From Podarcis tiliguerta (lineage: Eukaryota), in NCBI GenBank assembly GCA_965153285.1, contig OZ229111.1: DNA of 64,000 bases; one strand, given 5' to 3'. The translations under genes were made by a program, and so were the position numbers. The notes under the pieces are model-generated. The model had not been told where the DNA came from, made no database searches, and worked only from the letters and a program-made list of their open reading frames with translations. Shown here piece after piece: positions 1 to 12,416 of this stretch; positions within the stretch are counted from its first letter, which is position 1; the number at the start of each line of letters is the position of its first letter.

Positions 1-171
1 TATCTTGATTAAACAAAAAACAAAAAAACAGACATCTTACTATAATATCATGCAAGTAAGTAAATTACAATGAAATAGGAAATGTCTTTGTTATTGGCTG
101 TTACTTTATATAAATAAAAACCTGATGGTATAGTATATTTTGGTGGTATTGCATTGAGCACAAGACATTAA

Positions 172-372
<201 letters not shown>

Positions 373-795
373 TAAAACAGGATCTGTACTACTCATTTTT
401 TTCTTAGTCCTTTGAAGATAAATGATCTCATCGGTTGAGCAACAAATCACTGGTGCTGGTCTCTGTGTGACATTCTATCCCGATTATTGTAGTCTCACTT
501 AGGATTCTGGGTCTTTGTCATAATGATCCTCACAAAGATAAAGTACTTGCTCAAAGCTTGTTATGTGAAGCTAAGATGTGCCATATGAGAGACATGCCAT
601 GCATGTAAGTTTTCCTTCACACTTTTGTATGGTGCTCCTCCTGCCCACATGCCTGATATGCCTGTATGGAAATAGCCTCAATAGAAAATAAATACCATTC
701 CCTTGGTTTCAGGCACGAGTACCATTTCCTTTGCTTTGCACACTTTCAGAAACCTTAAGTACTATGAATGTAATAAAGGCTGTCTTGATTTTTAG

Positions 796-831
796 GTACG
801 CAAAGAAAACCAGTGGTGTGAAGAAAAGTGA
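796..831 (+). CDS. SKP1: SKP1 last coding exon (VRKENQWCEEK-stop)
   Basis: Acceptor gatttttag, phase 0 join to the previous exon, canonical SKP1 C-terminus, TGA at 829-831. Confidence 0.98.
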   Translation, partial: VRKENQWCEEK

Positions 832-1210
832 AGTCTTGTGCCTGACAACTGACACTGTAAGGATCGTTCCAAATACCAGTTGCACTGCTCTGTTTATAAC
901 TGTTAATATTAGACAAATGCAGCAGCAAATGAAGTTGTTCTTGTAGGGTGGTGTTCTCTTTGCATGTGTAATATTTGAATATAGATTTAAATCCTTTTGG
1001 CTGAGTTTCTACCAGTGTAATCCAATGTCCCCATACTTTTCCTCTGATACCAATAAAACTAAACTAAGTGTGGACTCCGTATGGCAATTCGCACCGCAAG
1101 CTAGCCTTTCCATGCTTTTAAATGTGTCACTGTATCATTTAAAATATATAGGATGTCAGAAATTCAGCAACCTCTGGCACTGTAAATAAAATCAATTGCA
1201 AAAGTTTTCT
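832..1210 (+). other. SKP1: SKP1 3' UTR (proximal part) with poly(A) signals
   Basis: Follows the stop. AATAAA at 1052-1057 and 1185-1190. Blocks such as gttgcactgctctgtttataa and tgtaaataaaa resemble the mammalian SKP1 UTR as I recall it. Further AATAAA at 1902-1907 and 1956-1961 could be distal sites. Confidence 0.75.
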
Positions 1211-3587
1211 GAAACAGAATTAAGGAAGCCTGTTTTCATTCACATCCTAATGGCTTCTTAGAACAATGGGAAGTCTTGAAAACCCAGTTGCAATAATTGT
1301 TTCTTCAGTTCTACACCTTTCTTTGTTGGGGACAGGTGACAGCTGCCACAAACCATGTTGGTTTTGTTAGCTAAGGGTCAGTTCTCTAGAGGCGTAATGT
1401 AGAACTGATTCAGGCAGTTAGAGGTAGACGGTTAAGCCCATTTTTGGCAGATAACAAAGATCATGCTTCTTTCTGGAAATCACAGTTTAGTTGCTTAGTC
1501 CCCCGAACTAGCAGATTAAATCCCACTGTGTGATCAAAAGAGATTACCAAAGCTAAAATTCAATGGATAGTACATGTTGGTGCTTGCTATGTTAGGCAAG
1601 CTGCAGTATTTTCATGCAGTTTTAAAAAAATTCTTATTCTGTGAAAGTCTTCGTCTGCAGTGTTGTACATGAAGTCAGATTGCAGTGACTTGTCACTGCA
1701 TACGCAGTATGATACTGATGTTGTGACATTTGATGGTTGTTTAGGAAAAAACCACTTGCAAGTAAGACTGTTTCTTTTTTTACAGTTTCTACAGTTCCCC
1801 TGTAGGACTTAGGATGTTCGTATGTACTAAGCATTGAGGCATCCCCTTGGCTTGTATTGCATTCCATTTTCTGTATACACACTAGAATAGAACAAAACCC
1901 TAATAAATATACTTCACTTCAAAGATCAGTGGTGACCTTTGAATGTTCTATACAGAATAAAATACCTGGAGTTAAATGAGGCTGTTTAAATTGAAACATG
2001 CATAGCAACCAATGTGCATATTGCTCCACAACTTCACAAGCTGTTAACATGAAATGATTGTATACTTGATAGTGCCAGCTGCCATCTTCAGAAGAAACAG
2101 TCAGGGGGGATGGGCGGAAGGGAAGGGGGCTGCAAAAGATGGGCTTCAGTTACCAGTACATGAGTGCTGAAATATTCTTCAAGTAGTCGTCTTCTTAAAC
2201 CCAACCCCAGTGGTTTATCAAAACATCTCCATTTCTAGTCTTCTATGCCTATAACCCTGTGTCTTTTAAAGTAATCAAACTGCATATGCTTACTTTTCAT
2301 TTTCCAGGATCAAGTCTCCAATTCCACTTGCTCAACCAATGAGTCCAGCACTGGATTGCATGAAAAAGTCCAATATTCTAACAGTTCTAATTACTGGGAT
2401 CTACCTCAGGGTGGGGATGGTTGTCTTTTGTGGAAGTCTATGGGAAGGAAGGAACTCAAATGTTCCCATGACTCATGATGATGTTGCTCAACATGCATGG
2501 GTTTTGGAAAGAACCAGCAGTTCCAGGTTAAGGTTAACCCTGGGTCTTGTGAGCATGGCAAGGGGAAAACATTGTCAGACAGGGACTGGTGAAAGGGAAA
2601 TACTTGACACTTCTCATTTGCCTAGACTTTCTGGCAAGGTCACTGCTCTTGTTGTCCAGATAGTTTTGGTGGAAGGGAGATCTTGAACCTAGAAGCGCAG
2701 GAATTGGGCAGTTATCATCAGAATTCCTAGTGAGGGTTTCAAACACACTTGTTGTCTTCTAGCAGGGGATAATGTCGAAAGTTCCAGCACTTATACTCTC
2801 CCTTCAGAATTTTAGAGCAGAGGCCACAACTAATCCCCTATCCAGGTTGTGTCTATTTGAAATTATCCTATAATACGCAATGCAGTGAGTACCTTCTATC
2901 CCTTCCCTGTTGTCTCATTAAAGAAGTGAGCCACTTCTCTGCATTGTTATCGGTAAACATTGGCGGGGAGGGGTAAAAAATTGACTAACCAGAGAGTCAA
3001 GAAGGTAAGATGATAGAAAACCTGCCTTTGACATGTTGGCAGCATCTCCCTTTAACCTCTAAAGGACTCTGTTGTGCAGAGAGTGGGATTAAGCCAGACA
3101 TTTTCAGTGTTTCTAGTTCCAGTTAGTGTTGCCGCCTTCTCTTTGGTTGTGAAGAAGTTTGATGCCAGTGTGGGTTAGAGAGCATCTAAAAGCCTGGCCA
3201 TGCGAAGTACTTTCGGATGGTTATGGAGCAAACAATAAATTTGCTCCAGCAGGCTAAAGAATACCCTTTGTACTCTTGTGATGTTTCAAGTAGAAAAATG
3301 TCTACTTGCTGTTGACTGAAGATGATCTATTTGGTATACTGCCTGCTGAAAACATTCTGCAAGGCTAGAAGGGCACAGTTCTGAATATGCCGGGTAGCCT
3401 GCACTTTGAGAAAGAGTAGTGTGTGGTGTTTGTTTTCTAGCTTAACCTGAGAAGGTGAGTACTGTGAAATAGTCACATTAAAATAGTTGCAACTTTGGTC
3501 ATAAGAGGTGTGCTTAACATTATTATTTTGTGGACTTTGGATTGTGGCTGTTAACACATATTGCTCTTAAAGATCATGCCTTAGCAT

Positions 3588-3728
3588 GTTGTTGTTGTTG
3601 TTTAGTCGTGTCCGACTCTTCGTGACCCCATGGACCAGAGCACGCCAGGCACTCCTGTCTTCCACTGCCTCCCGCAGTTTGGTTAGACTCATGCTGGTAG
3701 CTTCGAGAACACTGTCCAACCATCTCGT
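3588..3728 (-). mobile_element. 5'-truncated BovB (RTE-clade) LINE 3' end
   Basis: Minus strand reads gacgagatggttggacagtg...ggggtcacgaagagtcggacacgactaaa(caa)n. An 8-bp direct repeat cttagcat flanks it (3580-3587, 3729-3736). Confidence 0.85.
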
Positions 3729-3771
3729 CTTAGCATACTGTGTTTTAAATTAAGTTCCAGGATTTTAATTC

Positions 3772-3908
3772 AGCTAACTCATTGCATGGGTAGAACAATT
3801 TCCACTTGTGCAAAAGAACGTCTCTGTGCTCCCCCAGAGACAGTTTGAAGGGCATGTGTGGCGGCAGGGAGGAGAGGTTCCACTCATGCAATGACTTAGT
3901 TGGATGCA
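3772..3908. mobile_element. Old palindromic non-autonomous element (MITE-like)
   Basis: Left arm cagctaactcattgcatgggtagaac is an imperfect inverted repeat of right arm gttccactcatgcaatgacttagttgg. Similar-looking elements lie near 12450-12635 and 19220-19452. Confidence 0.45.
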
Positions 3909-5079
3909 ATTCTTAATTACTATTACTGAAAAAGGTCAACATCACCATTGCTAAGCAATTGTGTGTTTGCCCCCTTAACGAGACCCTGCATCGTTGTAGT
4001 CTGACTTTCTTTACTCAGTCTGCATCCCATATTTAGAGAGCAGTGATACATCTGGGCAAGATAGAGAAGGTATACCAGGCAAGGAAGCACGTAACAGTCC
4101 ATTTTGTAGAATTATAGTCTCCAGTTGCCTGTTTTTGAATGGGCAATCTGGTAGATTACTTTATTTATAAAGCCATAAACAAATCTTGAACATAAGCCAA
4201 AAAATACAAGCTCAAAGTAAAAAAAAAAATTACAACAGATGATAGCTGAGAGAGCTGCTGCAGAATTTTTTTCCTGCTACATACACACAGTGGTTTAAAA
4301 TGATTTGTTGAAGTGGTCTTTCCATGACTTGTACATTCAAACAGGCTTCAGGAAATCAAATATGTGATTAAAGAACTGAAATTGTCATATATGAATTATA
4401 GACTCAAGAGTAAAACATGAAGGGTAAAGCTTTCATTAAAAAAACATAAATTGTATTGACACACAAGACTTCATATAGCATTTCTAAAGATCTACTTTTT
4501 GGCATTTAAGTGACTTTTTTGGGAATCTGTTACTTGCTGTATGGGATATGGATAGTTTGTGCCTTTTGGTAATCCATCATTGTAAACAGTTGCTAAAAAC
4601 AATGCAGTTGTTCCTAGTTTCATAAATGTTAATCTGCATGCTTATCAACACATTCAGCTCCATTTTTATTAAGTAGCTATGTACACCTAATGGCCCTGAA
4701 TCTGTACATATACTGAGATGCAAATCTGCTTGGGCTGCTGTTGCATAGGCAAGGGGACTACACAGAATTTCAGAGTAGATGGGACAGATTTTTTTCTGGA
4801 AGGAGAGAAATGTGGCACTAGTTCTTTTGCACAGTCATTAAATTTACTTGTGAGATAGGACTCTCTATCTTCCCTACTGCTACCTTTCGTTCAGTTCTCA
4901 GGTTGCTCGAATGAAAGCAATGCAAGAAATATGAAATCCAATCTACCCTTCCTCCTTCTGATATATTTCTTTATAGACCTTTTCCCGACAGGGCTCAAGG
5001 CAGCTTACATATAAAAATAAGAACCGTTAAAAACATAGAAAATGCCATTGTTGAACCACTCCCCAAACTGGGACACAAG

Positions 5080-8000
5080 AACTTACATTAAATGTATTTA
5101 TTTGTATTTGTTTTATGAAAAAAAGAAAAGGACTAGCATATGATGAAGGCTTGAAATATGTATGCTGTTTGCGGCTGAATGAAAAATGGAATTGTCAATG
5201 TGTTTCAGCAGGGGTGCACTCCTCAATCCACACCAAATTTAAGTCTAAATCCGAGGTATGCATTGTTGAATATATTTCTAATATCAAATTGCTAGCTGGC
5301 CTTTCACATACATCTTCTCTACCACTTCCCTGCCGTGTTGTGGGGAAAATTCAGGACAAGTGTAGAGTATTTATTACGTGTACAAAAGAAAGTTTCTTAC
5401 AAGAAAATTGCACTGACTGCAGTTGCAAACTGGTAAATCCTTTTTGCATTGGTAGAATATCTCCTATTTTAAATTTGTTTCCAAAGCAAAATTTTGGATA
5501 TATTTTCCCCAAGTTGGAGAAGCAAACACTGCTTTGAATTGGAGGGACCATTGAAAATAATCCCAACGTGGTCATCTGCTGCAGCCACTGTCATAATAAA
5601 ATATATTTAAATTTTCTGATACATTCTCTTAGAGATATTGGAGGAAAAGCCTGTCCAGCTCTTTCACTGATTAAAAAGCTCACGATAACAGATGCCTCAT
5701 GAGGTTCACAGATCTTTTTACTAGATAAGGATGACACACTTTTTCTCAGGGATAAGAGGACTCCCCCAAATATGACTCCCCCATATTGCAAACCGTTTGA
5801 GATTTTGTGCCTTTGCTGCAAAATCATATTTTCAAGTAACTTTTTTTCTTCAAGTAATACAACTGAGTGTAATGCAGCTGCTACCTAGATTTGGGCCTTA
5901 GATTTCACAGTTTCTCCTTTAGTAGTTGGGTAGGAACATACCAGCTTTTAACTAATGATGATTTTAGCCTATGTTGTGTGTGTATTCGCATGCATGTATG
6001 TACAAGAGGAAAGGCTTTGCCAGTACAGTAAGGGCAGTGGTGTGCGCATATTTTGTATATAACAGGAAAAATAACAGGAAAAAAACTTGACATTTTTAAA
6101 AAATAAGAAATCATGATTGTGTGTGGTATATAAATATTTAACCAGAAAATATACTCTCATATACATACTATATTGATCTCAGAAAAATTGAGTGTGAAAT
6201 TAATTCAGGGTGCAGAGATGGGAGGAAATCAAGAATATTTCAGTGATACAAGGGCTTTTTAGATGTGTGCCTCTTTGTGCCAGTGTACTTGTGCTTGCAA
6301 AGTTCCATTACAATTAAGCAACATTTTTAAAGATTGTCTAGTAATAGGTTTTGGAATACTGCCAAAAAAATACTGTTAAAAAGGGAGGGGGGATACTAGT
6401 GCAAACAAGCTTTATATACTGTAGAGCTTATTCCAATATGTAGAAAAATAGTTTAGGCCTTTACATATTTGCTTTAAATACAAAAATAGATTGGATATTA
6501 AAATGGTGCATTCTGATTATACCGCTGCAATAATTGCAATACTGTGCTTTGTGTTCAAAATGATGCAGGTGAAAAGAAAAGACTTCCTGGTTGTGTTAGT
6601 GCGCACTTTTTTCAAACAGGAAAGACAGGCTTGCAAAAAAAAATGGGAACAGTATTTTAGTGAGGTTAATGTGAATATGACTCATGTGACCTGGGTTTTT
6701 AAGGCTGTAATCCTAGCACTACTCCCATATGTCACCATTACGCTAGTTGAATTCTCAGTGTAGACTTCCGCTAGTGGGACTAGTTAGTTGAATTTGGCCC
6801 ATATGTTCAGTATCTGGAAGTCGTTTATTTTGGCAAGAAATCTTTTATGTTTGGATTCAGTTTTGCCAAATGGTTAAATTGTTTGGCAACTTTCTGCCCA
6901 TGATTTCAGTAATTGTGCCAGTTTGGTCAGGCTAGAGAAGTGGTGTTACAGGAGGAAAAGTGAACATGAGTTTAAGGTTTGCTTGTATTATATTTGTCAC
7001 TCCTGCCTGAGGCTACATACCTTTTCAGCTTCATTTGATGCTTTTGAGTTGAATGGAGCATCTCTTGTGTGGTTCAACTTTGTGTCCACACACTGGAGTA
7101 GGTGCTTATGCCCCTTGTATACAAGTGGGTTTATATTAAAACTTGCTGAAGTATAACTGTGAAGGACATAGGATTCATTGCACAGTGAGAGAATACCACC
7201 ACCTGCAAATTTTAGCTATTCCATAATATGCATTTTCCTATCCTTTCTCCAAGAGGCCACTGTTCCTTTCTGCAGTATTTTAATACACATGGCATTCTGT
7301 GTGTGTTTGGGTCCTCCAAGAAAAATAACACACAGGTTGTTGCTTGACTTTACGGCTAATAAGCAGCCATCTTTGCAATGTGGGCAGGGCGCACATAGCC
7401 CCCAAATACCATTTTTAAAAATAAAGATTGCACAATAGGCTGAGGTGTTTGAGCAACTAATGGAACGGGACTAGGCTTAGGTTTTACGGCTCTCTGACAG
7501 AAATTGTATCGCATACTATTTCTAACAAGCAGGGCTTACATTGCTAAATTTGTAATATATTCCATGATCTGCGTAACAGTGTTTAGTACAGAGTGAGAAA
7601 ATTCAGCAACATCAGGAACCCTGCATACTTTTCTAGTCCTTAATGGCTGTCAGCAAAAGCTTAACAATGTGTGGTGGCTTAGTCTGGGTAAGCTTTTGGA
7701 AAATCAAAAATGTGCTTAGTAAAATTTATAGTGATGCTGTATGTGTCTAGCTTTTCAGTGCCTTTTATCACTCCTTGGCCTGTCCCAATGACTAGCAGAT
7801 ACAGAATAAATCATGCAAAATAAGCATTTATGAATTTTACGTAACTAATGCACATTGCAGAGCTCAGTGTTATAGCAGAAAATATTTTAGTTTTTTGTTT
7901 GGAATGCAGTAGAATGCCTTTTTTCTTTTTTGCAGCTGCAATCCATTGCTGTAATTTACAAAAGCTACAATATGCTGTTAGGGAGATGTTCAAAAGTACA

Positions 8001-8873
8001 ACATTATTGTTTAGAAAGTGATAGATGCCTGTGATAAAAGCAAAGCATGGCCATAATAAATGCACACTAAGTTTGTACAGAAACAAAACTAAAAACCCTG
8101 CAGAAAGATCCCTGTTTTCTAGAGTGTGTGTATATAGTGAATGGAAATGGGGTAATAAAAGAATTGTAACTTATTGTTTAAAGGTAGTGACAAGAAAATA
8201 ATACTTGACAGTTAAAGGAAGCATGCACTGGCTCCTTTAAAGTTTTATCATTTGATATATTCGTTTTCAAGCAGTGGGTATCTCCTCCAAAATGTATTCA
8301 GAATACTTTCACCTGGAATCAACATTTCCCCTCACAAGATGAGGCATCATAATTTATTCCATATATTCTCATGCCAGACAGGTCAGCTACTTTACATTGC
8401 CCCTATCAAGCAACTAGGCTTGTGTAAAACAAAACCACACTGTTCTTTCAGCTGCTTTGGCATACCTGTGTCATATCTACAAGAGGACTATGATTGAAAT
8501 GCAAATCTTTGAACGGTAAGAAAGAAAAGAATGCCTAACATTTAGCACCTCTTAGCTACTTTTAAAAATCTGGGTGTCCTATTTCAGTTTTAGCTGTTTT
8601 GGTAGACAAAGAAATTCTCAAGTTACTGACCAGAACGGAGTTTTATGTCCTTGTTCCTACTTCTGAAGAGAGACACCGTGTGTCCTTACTTACATTATAA
8701 AAAGCACTTTCAGTGCTCCAATGTTTTCCAATTATTGACAGCTTTCTCCTGACTTTGAGACTGCCATTTGATGGCATGGTAGGCTTGTCTCTGGCAGCTT
8801 CCACAGGTAGTGAAACCACTCATCAAAGTGCCTGATGAATTTGCCGGCCTTGCTGGTCACTGCTGCATGAGTA
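5080..8873 (-). other. TCF7: TCF7 3' UTR (about 3.5-3.8 kb), end inferred
   Basis: Downstream of the stop at 8874, AT-rich. Minus-strand AATAAA at 5370-5375 is preceded by TGTA. A second at 5097-5102 is followed by a GT-rich stretch. Confidence 0.6.
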
Positions 8874-9192
8874 CTACGTTCCTATTGATAGGACACTGTA
8901 CCCTGAGGATTCGCTGGGTGCTACAGATGTTTGAGAAACTGCTGAGCATTTAGAAGTGAGTCCTGATGTGCTTGTAGCAGTTTTGATACACGTAGATGCA
9001 GGGAAAGGACTGGCTTGGTTTTGGTGTGTGAAATCGGCAGGGGCAGCAAGCTTGTCTGAAGTAAAAGCAGTGGATATGCACTGCAGCACATCCAAGGGGG
9101 AGGGAGGGGAATCTATAGCACTTCCATCGGAAGAAACTGGGCTGGCACAGCGTCCTTCTCCTTGTAGGTACCGAATGCACTTCTTTTTCCTC
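8874..9192 (-). CDS. TCF7: TCF7 terminal exon, E-tail frame (completes the C-clamp)
   Basis: Acceptor ctgttcttag. Phase 2 from the CRARF exon gives (R)RKKKCIRYLQGEGRCASPVSSDGSAIDSPPSPLDVLQ...SVLSIGT-stop, in frame with track ORF 8874..9095. Confidence 0.93.
9113..9192 (-). CDS. TCF7: TCF7 terminal exon, alternative frame when the CRARF exon is skipped
   Basis: Phase 1 from the 49-nt exon gives GGKRSAFGTYKEKDAVPAQFLPMEVL-stop, closely matching the mammalian TCF7 tail GGKRNAFGTYPEKAAAPAPFLPMTVL. Confidence 0.88.
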
Positions 9193-9215
9193 CTAAGAAC
9201 AGTGAAGAGAGTTAT
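9193..9215 (-). CDS. TCF7: TCF7 upstream alternative acceptor extension (DNSLHCS-stop)
   Basis: Second acceptor ccctttatttacag lies 23 nt upstream. Phase 1 gives DNSLHCS-stop, matching the mammalian DNSLHYS tail. Confidence 0.8.
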
Positions 9216-10324
9216 CTGTAAATAAAGGGTGAATTTACAGGGTCATATTCTTAAAATGATACAGTGACAGCAGTCATTACAGTCATTTCTCTGTAGCACA
9301 CAGCAAAGGCTGGATGAGTGGTGGGAAATACATGTTTATTCTTGTCAGCTCTCTGCTGCACACTCTTGCATCAGAAGCATTTTTCTAAAATACACCGACA
9401 ATTTGCAGTGTTTACCACTGGGTGGCAGTGTAACTATGGTGCTGCAGCCTGTTTCAGAGTGGACAAAAGTGGAAGCAGATTAGTCTTCTGTGGCATCAGC
9501 ATACTTGTAAAGGGAGATCAGCAGGTTCTAAGTGTTCTGCTTACGAGTAGCAGCAAAGAAATGGAAAAATTGCAGATGTGAAAAGTTTGGTGTGATCAAC
9601 TGTATTTGCCATCACTTGCAAAATGCCATGTGAATGCAGCGTGAGGATTTTCCATGACCGAAGAAGTTGGAAAGCTACTGCGCACATCAGCTTCTTAGCG
9701 TGCTTGCATGAAATAGTGTGCTGCTTTGTTAGAAAGATGGGTCAAATGGTCATTCCAGACTGACCTTCCCAAAGGGATGTGGCCCTCAAAGACAATGACA
9801 GAACTGGGGAGAGGGGAAATTGAGTAAAATGTATGGGGGTCAAGGAATATGAATGGGAAGGAATAAATGCTATTGATTATTTTTGTCTATTTACCCCACT
9901 CCATCTCTTGACAGAATATTTGCATGTAAACATCCCCCACTTGAATTGCATAGATGATGAAGTCACAAATCACTCTTGCCAATTGTTGCAGTTCTACATA
10001 TATCTAGGGTGGAGCACCAGCGTGATAATGTGAAAAAAAGTCTCTCTGTGCATGCATGTGTATGTACACACCACAGATCAGTTAGCCTAGGTACTAAAAC
10101 CAGCAACCAAATATTATGAGACCAGCCAACAGCAGGTGTCATATGTGTGCAGAGAGCCCTGTTTTCTGTTCCCTGTTGCATAGAAGCCCTCAAACTAGGC
10201 CCATTGGTGCAGGTATATCCCATACTCCAAACCTATCTACCCTATCACCAGCTACCCTGTGGTCTGCTATATGAATAAAATATAGCGGACTTGCACAGAG
10301 GTGGCATGGCCTGCAAATAACTAT

Positions 10325-10395
10325 TAATAATAATTTTATTATTTATACCCGCCCATCTGGCTAGGTTTCCCTAGCCACTTTGTGCGGCTTACAAC
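10325..10395 (-). repeat. 3' tail fragment of an abundant retroelement (probably L2/CR1 clade)
   Basis: Motif tttataccc(c)gcccatctggct...agccact..gcggctt with an (AAT)n tail. It recurs at about 20843-20900 (opposite strand), 22372-22530 and 29710-29760. Confidence 0.6.
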
Positions 10396-11533
10396 ATATA
10401 TAAGGAATATGTCCCCTTGACCCTAATACTCTGCTGGTGGTGTAAGGAAGGCCCCAGCTCATTTGCTTCTGGACTAATCAGTGCTGCACAAAAGCAAAGG
10501 GAGTGTTCATTAATTAATGCAAATCACTTTCTTGCATTTTGAAAGGAAAGCTATTAAGACTGGCATTAGTTATGCTGCTGGGTGGGAATCAGAAGTCTAG
10601 TCTTGTGAGTTGACCTTTTAAATTGCTTTGCATAATTTTAGGCTGAAATTCAATACAGAGCCTGCTAGTAAAAGATGACAAGCCACTTAATGGCTAATGA
10701 GAATAACTGGATCACCAACTTTTATCAGATAGTGGCTGGAGACTACCAGTTCTTCCTGTAACAAATGCTGTGTTCTGTGGGGAGGTGTGAACAGCAAAGA
10801 AGTGGCTACACAGTGGCTGCAATGCCCCTTCTATACTGGCCCTCTTCAGACAACCAATTTTCTCTTCACTGAAGTTTCCTGATAAGAGAACAGGACTCCA
10901 CCCTTTAATGAGAGAAAATGGATGATGGTGATGGCACAAAGGCACATGGGAGCAGGTTTTTGGACCTTGTGATTCATAAATCTAGAAAAACTTATTTTGA
11001 AGGGCTGAAATCCACAATATTGGAAAGCATCTCAACAGGTGATCTAATCTAAACCTCCGTCAGTGCAGGAAATTCCCAACTCCAGATTCACGGCTATGTG
11101 GTCATCCAGACCTTGCCAGTGTGATATCCATAAAGGAAGATCTTGCAAGTGTGAAGGTACGTGGAGTCCATGCTACGAGGGAGAAATGAATGCCAACTTT
11201 CACCCTTCCTGTTACGTAAAAAAAACCCTGAGACATCTGTCTGCACTGGAAGAAACGTGCTTCTGAGTAGACATACGTAGGATTGCATGGTTAAGACCCC
11301 CCCCCCCCCGGGTCATTGTACTTTCCCATCTCAGAAGTAGAAAGCTTTTGGAAGCATCACTCATAAACATTTGAAATCCATGGAAAACCTAGGCAGGCCG
11401 TAAGGAGCGCCATTAGTAGTGTTAGGGGCAAGGGCAGCTGCAGAAAAGGGGCATGAAAAATAAAAATTGCACAGCAAAGAACAACCTGCATGGCAAGCAA
11501 CAAGCTTAGAAAGCAAAGATATCCAATACACAC

Positions 11534-11606
11534 CTGCACGGTCCACACCAGTCCATTTGTTGGTTGAGACCAAAGCGAGCTCTGCATTTCTTAGGAGAAG
11601 CAGGAT
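11534..11606 (-). CDS. TCF7: TCF7 C-clamp (CRARF) cassette exon, 73 nt
   Basis: Acceptor ccttcctcag and donor GTGTGT. Encodes DPASPKKCRARFGLNQQMDWCGPCR, phases 1 to 2. Confidence 0.96.
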
Positions 11607-11847
11607 CTGAGGAAGGAGCATGCGTGGTGGAGAATGGGCAAGGCAGAGGCACAAACAGCAGCAAGAGCAGGAGGAAGAGGAAGAAGAAAAGATGCAGCAT
11701 CAATTTAGCAGCTGGAGACAAAACTAAACAGGCCACATCAACCCAGTTTCTGCTGGAAGCAGCATCTCTTCAGGAAACAAAGCAGGTTTAGGCAAATACC
11801 AAAACTAACCTCACACGGGAGGGCCAAGAATGCAGTGACTGGGAGAA

Positions 11848-12416
11848 CAGTGGCATTAGCTACCCCTCCCAGTTTGGTGTCATTTGCAAATTTGACAAAC
11901 AACCCCTCTATTCCTTCATCCAAGTCATTTATAAAGATGTTGAACATCAACAAGCCCAGGACAAGTGCAGCACCCCACTTGTCATCTTTTCCCAGAATGA
12001 TGAGGAACCATGAGTGAGAACACTTTGGGCTCGGTCAATCAACCAGCTACAAATCCACCTAACAGCTACCTCACCCAACCCACATCTTACCGGCTTCCCC
12101 GCAAGAATATCATGGGGGACTTAGTCAAAAGCCTTGCTGAAATCAAGATACGCTGTTTCCACAGCATTCCCCTTATCCACCAAGCTTGTAACTCCATTAA
12201 AAAAAAGAAAGATTAGTATTGCATGACTTGCTTTTGAGAAATCCATGCTGGGTCTTAGTAATCCCCGCATCCTTTTCTAAGTGCTCACACTGTTAAATTA
12301 TCTGTTCTAGGACAAGTTGACTGGTTAGTAGTTACCCTGGGCTGCCTTTTTTCCACTTTTTGAAGATGGGGGCCAACATTTGCCCACCTCTAGTCCACAG
12401 GGACCTCACCTGTTCT
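11848..12416 (-). mobile_element. Degenerate CR1 LINE ORF2 (reverse transcriptase) fragment
   Basis: Minus-strand translation FNIFINDLDEGIEGLFVKFANDTKLGG matches the CR1 RT motif with FADDT decayed to FANDT. The frame is broken and boundaries are approximate. Confidence 0.85.

Noticed and set aside
11738-11953. Reverse transcriptase-like ORF as an active or domesticated gene
   Set aside because: Short CR1 remnant with the catalytic DD motif mutated and the frame disrupted.
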